Of a stretch of 64,000 bases of DNA, positions 52,366-63,094 are shown one piece after another (the first letter of the stretch is position 1; each line of letters begins with the position of its first letter). The stretch comes from Nitrosopumilus sp. GTDB lineage: Archaea; Thermoproteota; Nitrososphaeria; Nitrososphaerales; Nitrosopumilaceae. Location of the stretch: the NCBI GenBank assembly GCA_965223425.1, contig OZ245003.1:1024001-1088000 (forward strand), read 5' to 3'. Below the pieces are notes generated by a model, which searched no databases, was not told the origin of the DNA, and worked only from the letters and a program-made list of their open reading frames with translations. A program made the position numbers and the translations under genes.

Positions 52366-53466
52366 TTATTTTCTAATCTTCAGCGATACTGCAAACGCAC
52401 ATACAATAATTGCAACTGCAAAATACATAACTGCAACATAGTCAAATGCAAATGCAATGCTTCCTGCAATTACAGGACCGACTACTGTTGCAATCGATAA
52501 TGTGGAGCTAAAAATTCCAGTCGATGTTGAACGTGGATTGTTTTCCATGAGATGAAAGTTCCCACCAATGAACAAAAATGCCCAAGTTCCACCAACAAGC
52601 GCCATAAATGGCATTGCCATCCACCAGTCTGTGATTGTTGCCAATCCCACAAAAACAAGTGTGGTACATCCAATTCCAATTTTGAATTTTGTAACATTTG
52701 AGAGATTGATTTTGCTTGCCATCAAATTCATCAACACAAATGCTGTCAACGTGTTTGCAACGTATACAATTGATATCTGATAGAGCTCTGCCCCTAATTT
52801 CTCCATTAGCATTATTGGAAGTATGGTCCAGACAGATGTGGCACCAATATGTCTTAGCAGTAATGACAGAAACAGAAACCTGTTTTTTGAAATAACTTTT
52901 TTTGTGGTTCCTGATTCTAACTCTTTTTCTTGCATTGGATTTGGTAATTTTACTGTAAATAGCAATCCGATGATAAATGAAGCCGAGCTAATTAAGAAAA
53001 TCAGCTTTAGATCATTTGCAAATCCAGCTGCTGCAATTCCTGCAAGCCATCCTGACGCATGAAACGAAATTACGGTAGCTGCCCTCTTTTTATCAACATT
53101 TGCCTCATACGTGTATGCAATCATTGCAGGAATCATAATCCCACTTGCAATTCCGGCCCCAATTCTTGCTAGAAACAGCAAAGTAATGTCATCTGCAAAA
53201 TAGTGTAATCCAAAGGCAGCAGCACACCCAATGAAACCTATTCTGATGAATTTGAGCCTGGTTCCTTTCTTGTCTGAATGCCTGCCAAAATAGATTTCAG
53301 AGAGAATCTGTGCAAAGCTAAATGATGCTACGACAAGTCCTATTTCAAAAACAGAATCTGTAACCCCTTTTGCAATAATAGGCATGAATACAAAGACAAT
53401 TGAGATTCCAGCGTGTTGAAAAAAGGTTGCACCACGAACTAGATTGTTTACTTGAGGCTTTTGCAT
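52366..53466 (-). CDS. MFS transporter
   Basis: ~12 TM segments, FGRHSDKKG motif A. Confidence 0.9.
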   Translation of the reverse strand: MQKPQVNNLVRGATFFQHAGISIVFVFMPIIAKGVTDSVFEIGLVVASFSFAQILSEIYFGRHSDKKGTRLKFIRIGFIGCAAAFGLHYFADDITLLFLARIGAGIASGIMIPAMIAYTYEANVDKKRAATVISFHASGWLAGIAAAGFANDLKLIFLISSASFIIGLLFTVKLPNPMQEKELESGTTKKVISKNRFLFLSLLLRHIGATSVWTILPIMLMEKLGAELYQISIVYVANTLTAFVLMNLMASKINLSNVTKFKIGIGCTTLVFVGLATITDWWMAMPFMALVGGTWAFLFIGGNFHLMENNPRSTSTGIFSSTLSIATVVGPVIAGSIAFAFDYVAVMYFAVAIIVCAFAVSLKIRK

Positions 53467-53578
53467 AAATGTACATTGGATTGCTTTTCACCTAATTTCA
53501 ACATACGTTTCTATCACCCAAATGCCGGTGGATTTTTTTGAAAAGAGTTAAACTCTTCTAAGGCTTTTTGAGATTAAA

Positions 53579-54541
53579 TTGGCAGAAAAAGAACCGTTCT
53601 TAGACGCATTGCAAAACCGAGTCTTACTTTTTGACGGTGCAATGGGAACTGAAATTCAAAAGTATGATCCAAAGCCAGAAGACTTTCCAAACAATCAAGA
53701 TGGGTTCAATGATGGCTTGGTCCTAACACATCCTGAATGGATCAAACAAATTCACAGAAGTTATTTGGATGCAGGAGCTGACTGTGTTGAAACAAATTCT
53801 TTTGGCTCAAACAAAATAAAACTTGATGAGTATGGGTTTGGTGATAAAACAATTGACTTTAACAAAAATATTGCACAACTAGCATCTGAAGTTTGTACAG
53901 AGTATTCTGATAAACCGCGATATGTGGTCGGTTCGATGGGCCCATCAGGTTTTCTTCCAAGTTCAAATGATCCTGACTTGGGACAAAAACCTCTTGACGA
54001 AATACGAGAAGCATTTGAACTACAAGCAGAGGGATTGATCCTTGGAGGTGTAGATGCCTTACTTGTTGAAACAAGCCAAGACATCTTGGAAGTAAAATTA
54101 GTAATTGAGGCATCTCAGAATGCTAAAGAAAAGACTGGAAAGAAAATCCCTGTCATCGCAAATACAACCTTGGATCAATACGGTAAGATGTTACTTGGAA
54201 CAAATATCCAAGCTGCATACACAACTGTTTCTGATATGGGGATTGATGTATTTGGATTGAATTGCTCAACTGGCCCTGTAGAGATGGCCCCCAGTGTTAG
54301 GTGGCTTGATGAACAAAATGAGCATAACCTCTTGGTAGTTCCAAATGCAGGAATGCCTGAAAACCAAGGCGGTCAGGCAGTCTACAAAATGACTCCTGAG
54401 CAGATGAGTGCAGCGTTAGGTGATTTCCTTAATCAGTATCAAAAAGTTCGAATTATTGGTGGTTGTTGCGGAACAAACCCTGAACACATCAAAGCACTAA
54501 GGAAAGTAATTGACGAAAAAGCTAACTCTCTCAAGGGTTAA
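53579..54541 (+). CDS. metH: Methionine synthase, homocysteine-binding module
   Basis: DGAMGT, GLNC, PNAG, GGCCGT. Confidence 0.94.
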   Translation: MAEKEPFLDALQNRVLLFDGAMGTEIQKYDPKPEDFPNNQDGFNDGLVLTHPEWIKQIHRSYLDAGADCVETNSFGSNKIKLDEYGFGDKTIDFNKNIAQLASEVCTEYSDKPRYVVGSMGPSGFLPSSNDPDLGQKPLDEIREAFELQAEGLILGGVDALLVETSQDILEVKLVIEASQNAKEKTGKKIPVIANTTLDQYGKMLLGTNIQAAYTTVSDMGIDVFGLNCSTGPVEMAPSVRWLDEQNEHNLLVVPNAGMPENQGGQAVYKMTPEQMSAALGDFLNQYQKVRIIGGCCGTNPEHIKALRKVIDEKANSLKG

Positions 54542-54573
54542 GTTTTTAGAAAAACTGGGGTGATTTTACAATA

Positions 54574-57081
54574 TTGACTGTTCCTAGGGTAAGTTCTGCA
54601 TTAAAAGCAGTAGATCTCAAGCAACTTCCGGCCCCGCTGATAATCGGGGAGAGAATCAACACGCAGGGTTCGCGTAAAGCAAAACAACTCGTCCTAAATG
54701 ATGATTATGACGGTCTAGTTGATTTGGGTAGAATCCAAGTAGAAGATGGTGCACACTGTCTTGATGTCTGTGTAGCCACTACTGAACGCTCTGATGAGCG
54801 AGATTTCATGTTGAATCTAGTAAAAAGGCTGAGCTTAGAAATTGATGCGCCGCTTGTAATTGATTCGACTGATCCACAAGTCATTGAAGCATCAGTAAAA
54901 CAAATTCCAGGCCGCCCAATTATCAATTCAATTAATCTTGAAGGAGATGGCAGTAGATTTGAAAAACTAGCTCCCATAATGGCCAAGTACGGCTTACCGT
55001 CGATTGCACTATGTATTGGCCCAAATGGAATGGCTAAAACTCCGCAACAAAAAGTGGAAACTGCTGAATTGCTTTATGAAACTGGAAAAAAATATGGATT
55101 AAAAATTGAACAATTTATCTTTGATGTCCTTACATTCACTTTGGCAACAGGCGAAGATGAATTTCTTGATGCAGGAAAAAACACCCTGGAAGGAATTCGC
55201 CTTGTTAAAGAAAAGTTTCCTAATTCATTTACTACGCTAGGCCTCAGTAACATCAGTTTTGGTTTATCCCCATATGCAAGAAAGGTTCTCAACTCTGTCT
55301 TTTTGTACCATGCCGTAAAGGTTGGACTTGATACTGCCATAATAAATGCCAAAGAGATTATTCCTTACGGTGAAATTGATGAGAAAGAAAAAAAACTTGC
55401 AGAGGATCTAGTCTTTAATGCTCACCCAAATGCATTATCTGAACTAATATCGTATTTTGAAAAAGCAGGCCCACAAAGCAGCACTGCCTCTAAAAAAGTA
55501 GACGTTGATCCTTCCTGGCCTCCTGGAAAGCGTGCTAATTTTAGAATTGTAAACAGGCTCAAAGATGGAATTCAAAATGATGTTGTATCTGCAATTGCAG
55601 AAAAGCTAGGCAAAAATGAAATCCTAAAAGACACTAATGGAATCTTGTCACTGGATGCTACAAAAGAAATCACTCATGATGGCGCAATTAGAACGCTAAA
55701 CGAAGATCTGCTTCCTGCAATGAAAGAAGTCGGCGACAAGTTTGGTGCAGGAGAATTGATCTTGCCATTTGTGCTCAAATCAGCAGAGTGTATGAAAGCA
55801 GCAGTTGGTGAATTAGAAAAATATCTGTTTAAAGAAGAAGGCGCAAGCAAAGGCAAGCTTGTTTTGGGAACTGTATATGGTGACGTGCATGACATTGGAA
55901 AGAACCTTGTAAAGACAATCTTTCAAAATAATGGCTATTCTGTTTATGACTTGGGAAAGCAAGTTCCTTTACAGAAATTCTTAGAAAAAATTGACGAGGT
56001 CAATCCTGATGCTATAGGACTGTCTGCGTTATTGGTTTCTACATCAAAGCAGATGCAGTTTTTCGTAGAACATGCTAGAAAAAATAATATGAATATTCCA
56101 ATTCTTTGCGGTGGCGCTGCCATTAACAGCAACTACATTAACAGAATTGCAAAAGATGCTGGAATCTACGAACCTGGCGTATTTTATTGTAATACCATGT
56201 TTGAAGGACTCAAGACAATGGATGTTTTGGTTTCAGATGACAAACCCAGACTTTTAGCTGAATGGAAAGAAAAGCTGGAAAACTGGAAGGACAAATCTGC
56301 AGCGGCAGCAGCAGCAGTAGATCCTGATGTCCTTCCTAAGAGCAACATCAGGCCTGTTGAGGCTCCAACTCCTCAAAACGTTGGAGGGCCAATTCACCTA
56401 GACAAAGAACAAATCAAAATGGACGAGGTTTGGCAGATGATTGACAAAAAATCACTATTCAAGCTATCGTGGGGTCTTAGAGGCAAGGCAGGTTCTGAGT
56501 CAGAAGCTGATCATGAACAACTGCTAAGTCAATGGAAGGTTCGAATAGTTAGAGAGAGGCTCTTTGAGCCTGGAATTGTTTATGGATACTTTAGATGTCA
56601 CAGCAAAGAGAGAAAATTGCATGTTGAGAATCCTCACGGGGATGATGTAGAGTTTGATTTTCCACGTTCTACAAAACCAGAGCATCTGTGTCTGACTGAT
56701 TATTTTGGTGAGAATGATGTCGTTGCATTTCAATCAGTAACTGTAGGAAACAGGGCATCTGAAACTATAGATCGATGGAACAAAGAAGACAAGTATGCTG
56801 ATGCATACTACCTGCATGGATTAGCAGTTGAAGTAGCAGAAGCCTTGGCAGAATGGACAAACCGAAAAATAAAATCTGAATTGAATTTGGAGAAAGGCGG
56901 ATTGCGATACAGCTGGGGATTTCCCAGCTGTCCGGATGTCTCACAGCATCGATTAGTTTGGAAACTACTGCAGCCTGAAAAGTCTGGAATGACTCTCACT
57001 GAATCAGGCCAAATAATTCCTGAGCAATCAACTGCCGCAATTGTGGTTCATCATCCCCAAGCACAATATTTTGTGCTTTAA
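54574..57081 (+). CDS. metH: Methionine synthase, pterin/B12/reactivation modules
   Basis: IGERIN, GDVHDIGKNLV, RYSWGFPSCP. Confidence 0.95.
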   Translation: MTVPRVSSALKAVDLKQLPAPLIIGERINTQGSRKAKQLVLNDDYDGLVDLGRIQVEDGAHCLDVCVATTERSDERDFMLNLVKRLSLEIDAPLVIDSTDPQVIEASVKQIPGRPIINSINLEGDGSRFEKLAPIMAKYGLPSIALCIGPNGMAKTPQQKVETAELLYETGKKYGLKIEQFIFDVLTFTLATGEDEFLDAGKNTLEGIRLVKEKFPNSFTTLGLSNISFGLSPYARKVLNSVFLYHAVKVGLDTAIINAKEIIPYGEIDEKEKKLAEDLVFNAHPNALSELISYFEKAGPQSSTASKKVDVDPSWPPGKRANFRIVNRLKDGIQNDVVSAIAEKLGKNEILKDTNGILSLDATKEITHDGAIRTLNEDLLPAMKEVGDKFGAGELILPFVLKSAECMKAAVGELEKYLFKEEGASKGKLVLGTVYGDVHDIGKNLVKTIFQNNGYSVYDLGKQVPLQKFLEKIDEVNPDAIGLSALLVSTSKQMQFFVEHARKNNMNIPILCGGAAINSNYINRIAKDAGIYEPGVFYCNTMFEGLKTMDVLVSDDKPRLLAEWKEKLENWKDKSAAAAAAVDPDVLPKSNIRPVEAPTPQNVGGPIHLDKEQIKMDEVWQMIDKKSLFKLSWGLRGKAGSESEADHEQLLSQWKVRIVRERLFEPGIVYGYFRCHSKERKLHVENPHGDDVEFDFPRSTKPEHLCLTDYFGENDVVAFQSVTVGNRASETIDRWNKEDKYADAYYLHGLAVEVAEALAEWTNRKIKSELNLEKGGLRYSWGFPSCPDVSQHRLVWKLLQPEKSGMTLTESGQIIPEQSTAAIVVHHPQAQYFVL

Positions 57082-57815
57082 CGAACAGAGTTTTCTAAAA
57101 ACTCATTCAAGCCGCTAAAGTCACTCGGTGATGTAATTAACACCTCTCCTGTAATATTATGTGCTTTTTTTACAAACCCCTCAAAGTCTTGACTGTATGT
57201 TGCCAGATCTAAATTCAAAAACTTTGCCGATTTTTTGTTTTTTTCTGAAGGAAACAAAATAGTCGGTATTACTGAAAATCCTTTTAGATTGTCAAAAAGA
57301 TTTTGAACTTGATCAAGATTTTGAACCACCTGCGTCATGAATCCTTTGGGCTTTGCTTCTAGTTTTTTTCCAATTTTAGAAAAATCAGGCTTGTTTGAAA
57401 TTGAAAGATACAAATCAATTTTTGAGTTAATGCCCTGTTCTTTTAGCTTCTTTACAGTGGTGCTTGGAATTTCACCCGAATCTGGTTTCCAAGTTTGAGA
57501 CGGATCTCCCATCAACACCAAAATCCCTGAAAAACCAATTGAGATACAGCTATCTACAAACTCTGAGATCTCTTTTTCATTCTTATCTCTGACTCTGAGA
57601 CTAGCTGTAACTGGCAAATCTGGAATTTCATTTTTAACTATCTTTCCAACTTCAATTGGGGAAACCCTTTGATATCCTAACACATTTTCAGTTACATGGA
57701 TTGCATCACATTTTTTTGAAATAATTTTTATTTTTTTAATAAATTTTGCAATCGATTCATTTGTGTCAACGCCTGGCAAAATCTTTGGTGGATTAGCTTC
57801 GTATCTAACAGTCAT
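57078..57815 (-). CDS. metF: Methylenetetrahydrofolate reductase-like protein
   Basis: YEANPPK, LRVRDKN, LMGDP, FMTQ; adjacent to metH. Confidence 0.75.
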   Translation of the reverse strand: MTVRYEANPPKILPGVDTNESIAKFIKKIKIISKKCDAIHVTENVLGYQRVSPIEVGKIVKNEIPDLPVTASLRVRDKNEKEISEFVDSCISIGFSGILVLMGDPSQTWKPDSGEIPSTTVKKLKEQGINSKIDLYLSISNKPDFSKIGKKLEAKPKGFMTQVVQNLDQVQNLFDNLKGFSVIPTILFPSEKNKKSAKFLNLDLATYSQDFEGFVKKAHNITGEVLITSPSDFSGLNEFLENSVR

Positions 57816-57888
57816 ATTGTGATTTTTTTATTCTTGGTTAAAACCTTTGAATATCAAAACACATGTGGAATAGTAGGAAAGAAACAAG

Positions 57889-58437
57889 ATGTTATTGGAT
57901 GATTTAAAATCAATACTTTCAAGTCCCATCAATCCCAAAATAGAGACTGATGGAAATTACAAATTAGCATCAGTGCTTGTGGTAATCTATGGAAACGAGC
58001 CAATTGTTGTGATGACTGAAAAACCCAAACACATGAAATTTCATGCCGGTGAAGTTTCATTCCCTGGAGGTAAACTAGATGTTAATGATCAAGATCTTTT
58101 AGAAACAGCGCTACGTGAAACTAGTGAAGAAATTGGTCTAACAATCACTAAAGAACAAGTAATCGGTCAACTAGAACCTGTAATTACTCTGAATTCTGGC
58201 TTTTTGATTTTACCGTTTATCTCAATTATTGATAAAATTCCGCCACTTGCTGCAAATGCTGAAGTTGAAAAAATTTTCCGCATTCCATTGGATCCATTTT
58301 TAAAGACAATCGCAAAAGATCCAGATCCTTCTCATAACATTATTCAAGAAATGTATACTTTTGAACATCAAAACCAAATTGTGTGGGGTGCCTCAGCTAG
58401 AATACTAAAACAAATACAAACTCTCCTAAAATCCTGA
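57889..58437 (+). CDS. Nudix hydrolase (CoA pyrophosphatase-like)
   Basis: HAGEVSFPGGK..ALRETSEEIGL, VWGASA. Confidence 0.9.
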   Translation: MLLDDLKSILSSPINPKIETDGNYKLASVLVVIYGNEPIVVMTEKPKHMKFHAGEVSFPGGKLDVNDQDLLETALRETSEEIGLTITKEQVIGQLEPVITLNSGFLILPFISIIDKIPPLAANAEVEKIFRIPLDPFLKTIAKDPDPSHNIIQEMYTFEHQNQIVWGASARILKQIQTLLKS

Positions 58438-58474
58438 GATTCATTTAAAAAGAGCTCACCGTGCCTGAAAATCT

Positions 58475-58633
58475 ATGGCTGCACGCAAGTCTTCTCCAAG
58501 GAAAATACGTCTGTTAAAAAAGACAAGACAGACATCGCCAGTACCAGCTTGGATAATTCTCAAAACAAAGAGATCTGTTAGAACAAACCCAAAACGCAGA
58601 GCTTGGAGATCAACTGATGTGGAGGTAGGATAG
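58475..58633 (+). CDS. rpl39e: 50S ribosomal protein L39e
   Basis: Manual translation MAARKSSPRKIRLLKKTRQTSPVPAWIILKTKRSVRTNPKRRAWRSTDVEVG. Confidence 0.95.
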   Translation: MAARKSSPRKIRLLKKTRQTSPVPAWIILKTKRSVRTNPKRRAWRSTDVEVG

Positions 58634-59338
58634 TTGTCTCAGGAGTTAGAAAGAGTTTATACAATTAATCTAGGTAAAGTTTTGCTTTCACAATCCCAAC
58701 ATAGAGCTGTTAGAGCAATTAACATGATTAAAGAATTTGCTAGACATCACATGAAAGTAGAATCAATTAAAATTGAAGAAGAATTAGCTCATCAAATTTG
58801 GGCAAAAGGAGTTAGAAGTCCTCCAAGAAAAATTAGAGTTAGAATGAGTAAAACTGATGAAGGTTATGTTCTTGTCTCTCAATATGATGAGGAAATAGAA
58901 TCTAAGGTAATTCCTGAAAAGGAAGCACCAAAAGTAGAAGAAGCACCAAAAGTAGAAGAAGCACCAAAAGTAGAAGAAGCACCAAAAGTAGAAGAAGCAC
59001 CAAAAGTAGAAGAAGCACCAAAAGTAGAAGAAGCACCAAAAGTAGAAGAAGCACCAAAAGTAGAAGAAGCACCAAAAGTAGAAGAAGCACCAAAAGTAGA
59101 AAATAAAGTTGAAGATAAAGTAGAGGAACCAACTGCGAAAGTTCCTAAAGTTGAATATAAAGTAGAGGAACCAAAGAAAGAATCTCCAAAAAAGAAGGTA
59201 GTAAAGACGGATACTAAAGAAATTTTAGAAGAAGCAACAGCACCAAAGAAAGAAAAACCAGCTAAGGAAGAAGCAGCACCAAAGAAAGAAAAACCAGCTA
59301 AGGAAGAAGCAGCACCAAAGAAAACATCAAAAGAGTAA
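58634..59338 (+). CDS. rpl31e: 50S ribosomal protein L31e with long charged C-terminal tail
   Basis: ERVYTINL, RAVRAI, IWAKG..PPRKIRV. Confidence 0.95.
   Translation: MSQELERVYTINLGKVLLSQSQHRAVRAINMIKEFARHHMKVESIKIEEELAHQIWAKGVRSPPRKIRVRMSKTDEGYVLVSQYDEEIESKVIPEKEAPKVEEAPKVEEAPKVEEAPKVEEAPKVEEAPKVEEAPKVEEAPKVEEAPKVEEAPKVENKVEDKVEEPTAKVPKVEYKVEEPKKESPKKKVVKTDTKEILEEATAPKKEKPAKEEAAPKKEKPAKEEAAPKKTSKE
58922..59101 (+). repeat. Ten perfect 18-bp tandem repeats (EAPKVE)
   Basis: (GAAGCACCAAAAGTAGAA)10. Confidence 0.97.
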
Positions 59339-59359
59339 ATTTCTTTTAAAAAATTATTT

Positions 59360-60310
59360 TTATTCTAATTGGTATAAATCTAACTTACAATCAATACTGC
59401 AATCTGGCGTAGACCAATCAAGCGTATCTTCTTGTGGAATCATTCCAAGTGGATCATAGTTATCAAATTTTGTCATACCTTGAATAGAAGACAGCATTAC
59501 AACTTTGGATTCTTCAGAGGTTGATGCCGTGTCTATTTGTGAATTACTCTCACTTAGAATTCCACTTGTAAGACTTGTAATTGAATTTAACACTCCAACT
59601 GGAATGTTACTTCCGCCAACTACGTACAACATTGAACGTTTTACTGCATTTGGTGGAGCATTTTCATAAAGCATTTTTAGTGAATCTCTGAGCAAATCCT
59701 CAATATTTTGTCCCTCTTTACTTGTTGTGAGTATGCTTGTATCTGCAGGCATTTCTGATGTGTTTAATGACTTTACTACATGCATAATTGCAGAGTTTGC
59801 AATATCATAACATGCTTTAGGACTCAAATCTGGATTGCTTTCAAGTAACGAGTCATTATCAAGTACTACAGTGCATTCTGAGTTTTCTCTAACTCTTTTT
59901 AGCGATACTCCTGAGTTGAAAATTCTGTCCTTTTCATATCTGAAAGGCATTACTGCAAACGAAATCACTCCCTTATCGGATTTTTTACACATGTCCGAAA
60001 CTACTGGTGCCATGGCTGAGCCTGCTTTTCCAGCTAAATTACTCATCAAGATTACTGTGGAGTAGCCTGCAATCTTTGATTTTATTTCATCTTCTACATT
60101 GTATGTTGAGCCTCTAATCAACTGAACAGATGGATTCACTACAGACTCTGTAGAAACATGAACAGATGGATTCTCTGATGAGAAATCTTTTGCGTCATTA
60201 CTAATTAGTAAACAATCAGAATTAATGGAATCTTTAGCCTTAACTGCTAATTTTGAGCCTACGCCACCTATGCCTATGACTAGAACTGGTTCTTTTACTT
60301 GAAAATCCAT
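59360..60310 (-). CDS. ftsZ: Divergent thaumarchaeal FtsZ/tubulin-family protein
   Basis: VIGIGGVG, MPFRYE, VLDND; degenerate tubulin signature LAGKAGS. Confidence 0.85.
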   Translation of the reverse strand: MDFQVKEPVLVIGIGGVGSKLAVKAKDSINSDCLLISNDAKDFSSENPSVHVSTESVVNPSVQLIRGSTYNVEDEIKSKIAGYSTVILMSNLAGKAGSAMAPVVSDMCKKSDKGVISFAVMPFRYEKDRIFNSGVSLKRVRENSECTVVLDNDSLLESNPDLSPKACYDIANSAIMHVVKSLNTSEMPADTSILTTSKEGQNIEDLLRDSLKMLYENAPPNAVKRSMLYVVGGSNIPVGVLNSITSLTSGILSESNSQIDTASTSEESKVVMLSSIQGMTKFDNYDPLGMIPQEDTLDWSTPDCSIDCKLDLYQLE

Positions 60311-60383
60311 TTCAGATTCTATTCATTGATTTAGATAAAAAACCTTCTTACGTTTTTTTAATCAAATTCTAGATCTAAAAAAT

Positions 60384-61652
60384 TTAGCTTGCGATCTCTC
60401 CAAGAAGACTGTTTACAGTAATATCTGTTATCTCAACTGTGTGGTACTGACCAATGTCTACTTGATCATGCACAAATACAGGCTTGTATGCAAAGTTTCT
60501 GCCTTTGATTCCCTCACCTGTTTTTTCATCAAATAGAACTTTGCCTGTCCAACCGATCCACTTTTTGTTGTTCTCCATTGATATTTTGCTGATCTGTTCA
60601 AAAATCATCTTACTTCTTCGTTTTACTTCTGTAACATCAATCTGTTCCCGTTTAGCTGCCTCTGTGCCTGGTCTTGCGCTATATCTTGACAGGTTTACCA
60701 CATCTGGCTTTGTTTCATCAAGCAGGCCTACTGTTTTTTGAAAATCCTCTTCTGATTCTGAAGGAAAACCAACTATGACATCAGTTGAAATAGTAAAGTC
60801 TCTGAATTTTTCTTTTATCTTTTTCACAATATCTCTATAAGTGCCAGCAGTATGGCCTCTTTTCATATCATTTAGTACTTTATCACTGCCACTTTGCACT
60901 GGTATGTGGAGAAATTTGAAGACTTTGTCGCTATCAAATGATTCTATCAGGCCTTCTTTGATTCTTGGCATGTACATTGGATTCATCATGCCAACTCTGA
61001 TCATGAAATCATCTGGAATTTCTGCCACTGTGTTTACAAGTGACGGTAGGTCTGTTCCAATATCAAACCCATAGCATCCATTATCTGTAGATGTTAACCA
61101 AACTTCTTTACAGCCATCTTTAACTTCTGTTTGGACTTGCCTTACAATGTCTCCTAATCTATAGCTTGAAAGATCCCCTTTGGATAATTTTGTCTGGCAA
61201 AATGTACATTCACTCATACACCCACTTGCAATCTCTACGATCCCAACTATTGGATTCAGTCTAACCTTTGGCAGTCCCACCTTTGACAAGTCTGAGTCCT
61301 CCAACGCAATCTGTTTTCTGCCATTTAGTGTTGAATCAATTACTTGGAGTGTCCTTCCAAGTGAGTTAGGTCCAAGCAAGCTAGCATTTTCTGAAAACTT
61401 TTCAACCGTGCCTTGCTCTGCCTTTGGAAGACACCCAGCTACTACCAGCGGTTTTGATTTTAATGATTTTATTCTATGAATCATCTTGTTTGCAGTTGCA
61501 TCCTTGACAGAGCATGTAACTACAACGTTTAGATCAGAATCTGAGGAATTATCTACCAAAGTATGGCCTCCATTTAGAACTAGTCCTGAAATCATCTCTG
61601 AATCTGCAAAACTAGCAGAACATCCGTAGGCCTCCACGAAAATCTTTGCCAT
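60384..61652 (-). CDS. mtaB: tRNA methylthiotransferase (MiaB/MtaB-like radical SAM + TRAM)
   Basis: YGCSAS, TCSVK, AGCL, CMSECTFC, HIPVQSGS. Confidence 0.9.
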   Translation of the reverse strand: MAKIFVEAYGCSASFADSEMISGLVLNGGHTLVDNSSDSDLNVVVTCSVKDATANKMIHRIKSLKSKPLVVAGCLPKAEQGTVEKFSENASLLGPNSLGRTLQVIDSTLNGRKQIALEDSDLSKVGLPKVRLNPIVGIVEIASGCMSECTFCQTKLSKGDLSSYRLGDIVRQVQTEVKDGCKEVWLTSTDNGCYGFDIGTDLPSLVNTVAEIPDDFMIRVGMMNPMYMPRIKEGLIESFDSDKVFKFLHIPVQSGSDKVLNDMKRGHTAGTYRDIVKKIKEKFRDFTISTDVIVGFPSESEEDFQKTVGLLDETKPDVVNLSRYSARPGTEAAKREQIDVTEVKRRSKMIFEQISKISMENNKKWIGWTGKVLFDEKTGEGIKGRNFAYKPVFVHDQVDIGQYHTVEITDITVNSLLGEIAS

Positions 61653-61655
61653 AGT

Positions 61656-63017
61656 CTATCCAAACAGAGAATCTATCTCTTTGCTGCCCAGTAGTTTCTT
61701 TGAAACAACCAACTCCCTGATGGTTTTTCCAGTCTTTAATGATTCTTTGAAGAGTTCTGCAGATTTCAGATATCCTATTTTTGGAGTCAGTAATGTAACG
61801 ATCACTGGGCTATTCTCGATGTCCTTGCGCAACTTGTTTTTATTTGCAGTTAATCCGTCAATTAGATTTGCCGAAAATATCGGCAAGAAATTCTTGAGCA
61901 TGTCTGTTGATTCTAGCATACACTTTAGCATGCCAGGCAACATGACGTTTAGCTCAAACTGTCCGCCCTGCACTGCATAAGAAACTGCAGTATCGTTTCC
62001 AATTATATTAAAACAAACCATATTCATACATTCAGCTAAAGATGGATTCACTTTTCCAGGCATGATGGATGACCCTGCATGTACTGCGGGAATTCCAAGT
62101 TCGGCTAATCCTGCAATTGGGCCTGATGCCATTAGTCTGATGTCATTTGCAATCTTTCCAATTTCTAGTGCCAAGTTTCGTAGCGAGCCTGACAAGTTTG
62201 CAACTGCAAATTTACTTTGTAAACCATGCTGCATATCTTTTTCAGGTTTTAGCGGAAGTTTAGAAATTTTTCCAAGTTCAGATATTGCAATTTTTCTGTA
62301 GCCTCTTGGGGTATTTGCTCCAGAACCAACAGCTGTCCCACCAAGTGCAACATTTTGCAGCTCCTTTTGTGACGCTATGATTTCGTTTCTTGCTTTAGTA
62401 ATTGATGTTACATAAGCAGCAAATTCATTACCTAGTGTTACTGGTAATGCATCCATTAGATGGGTTCTTCCAATTTTTTTGTAAGATGAAAATTGTTTTG
62501 CTTTTTTAGATAATGATTTTATTAAAATATCAATAGCTGGAATTGCTCCCTTGAGATTCATCAAAATTGCAACATGCATAGCAGTTGGATATGTATCGTT
62601 ACTTGATTGCGACATATTTACATGATCATTAGGATGTAAGAATTGATACTGCCCTTTCTTTTTATGTAGTATTTCTAATGCAACATTTGCAATAACCTCG
62701 TTTGAATTCATGTTAAATGCGGTTCCAGCACCCGAGTTTATCATATCTACCACAAACTGATCCACAAATTTTCCTGCCAAGATTTTATCACATGCAGAAA
62801 CTATTGCCCTTCCACGCCTTGTATCAATTGCCTTTGTCTTCATATTTGCAACTGCCGCAGAACGTTTTATCATTACAAACGACTTGATCAAATTTTCATG
62901 GCTTTTATTGCCAGTAACATGGTACTGCTTGATTGCTCTTCCAGTAAATGCCCCATAATACGCATCAGATGGGATTTTGACTTTGCCCAGTGAGTCCTGA
63001 TCTAATCGAAATTTCAT
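61656..63017 (-). CDS. fumC: Class II fumarate hydratase/aspartase family
   Basis: HPNDHVNMSQSSND, GRTHLMDA, GSSIMPGKVNP. Confidence 0.88.
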   Translation of the reverse strand: MKFRLDQDSLGKVKIPSDAYYGAFTGRAIKQYHVTGNKSHENLIKSFVMIKRSAAVANMKTKAIDTRRGRAIVSACDKILAGKFVDQFVVDMINSGAGTAFNMNSNEVIANVALEILHKKKGQYQFLHPNDHVNMSQSSNDTYPTAMHVAILMNLKGAIPAIDILIKSLSKKAKQFSSYKKIGRTHLMDALPVTLGNEFAAYVTSITKARNEIIASQKELQNVALGGTAVGSGANTPRGYRKIAISELGKISKLPLKPEKDMQHGLQSKFAVANLSGSLRNLALEIGKIANDIRLMASGPIAGLAELGIPAVHAGSSIMPGKVNPSLAECMNMVCFNIIGNDTAVSYAVQGGQFELNVMLPGMLKCMLESTDMLKNFLPIFSANLIDGLTANKNKLRKDIENSPVIVTLLTPKIGYLKSAELFKESLKTGKTIRELVVSKKLLGSKEIDSLFG

Positions 63018-63094
63018 GTTGATTTTATAACAAATTATCTCCTATTATTCATTCTTTTTTGGGTGATTTAATAATTTCATAACATGCAGAATGC

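Noticed and set aside
53579-57081. Split MetH as a pseudogene or novelty
   Set aside because: Both halves are intact and split at a domain boundary, a known arrangement.
59360-60310. FtsZ lacking GGGTG
   Set aside because: A divergent FtsZ is already known in Thaumarchaeota.
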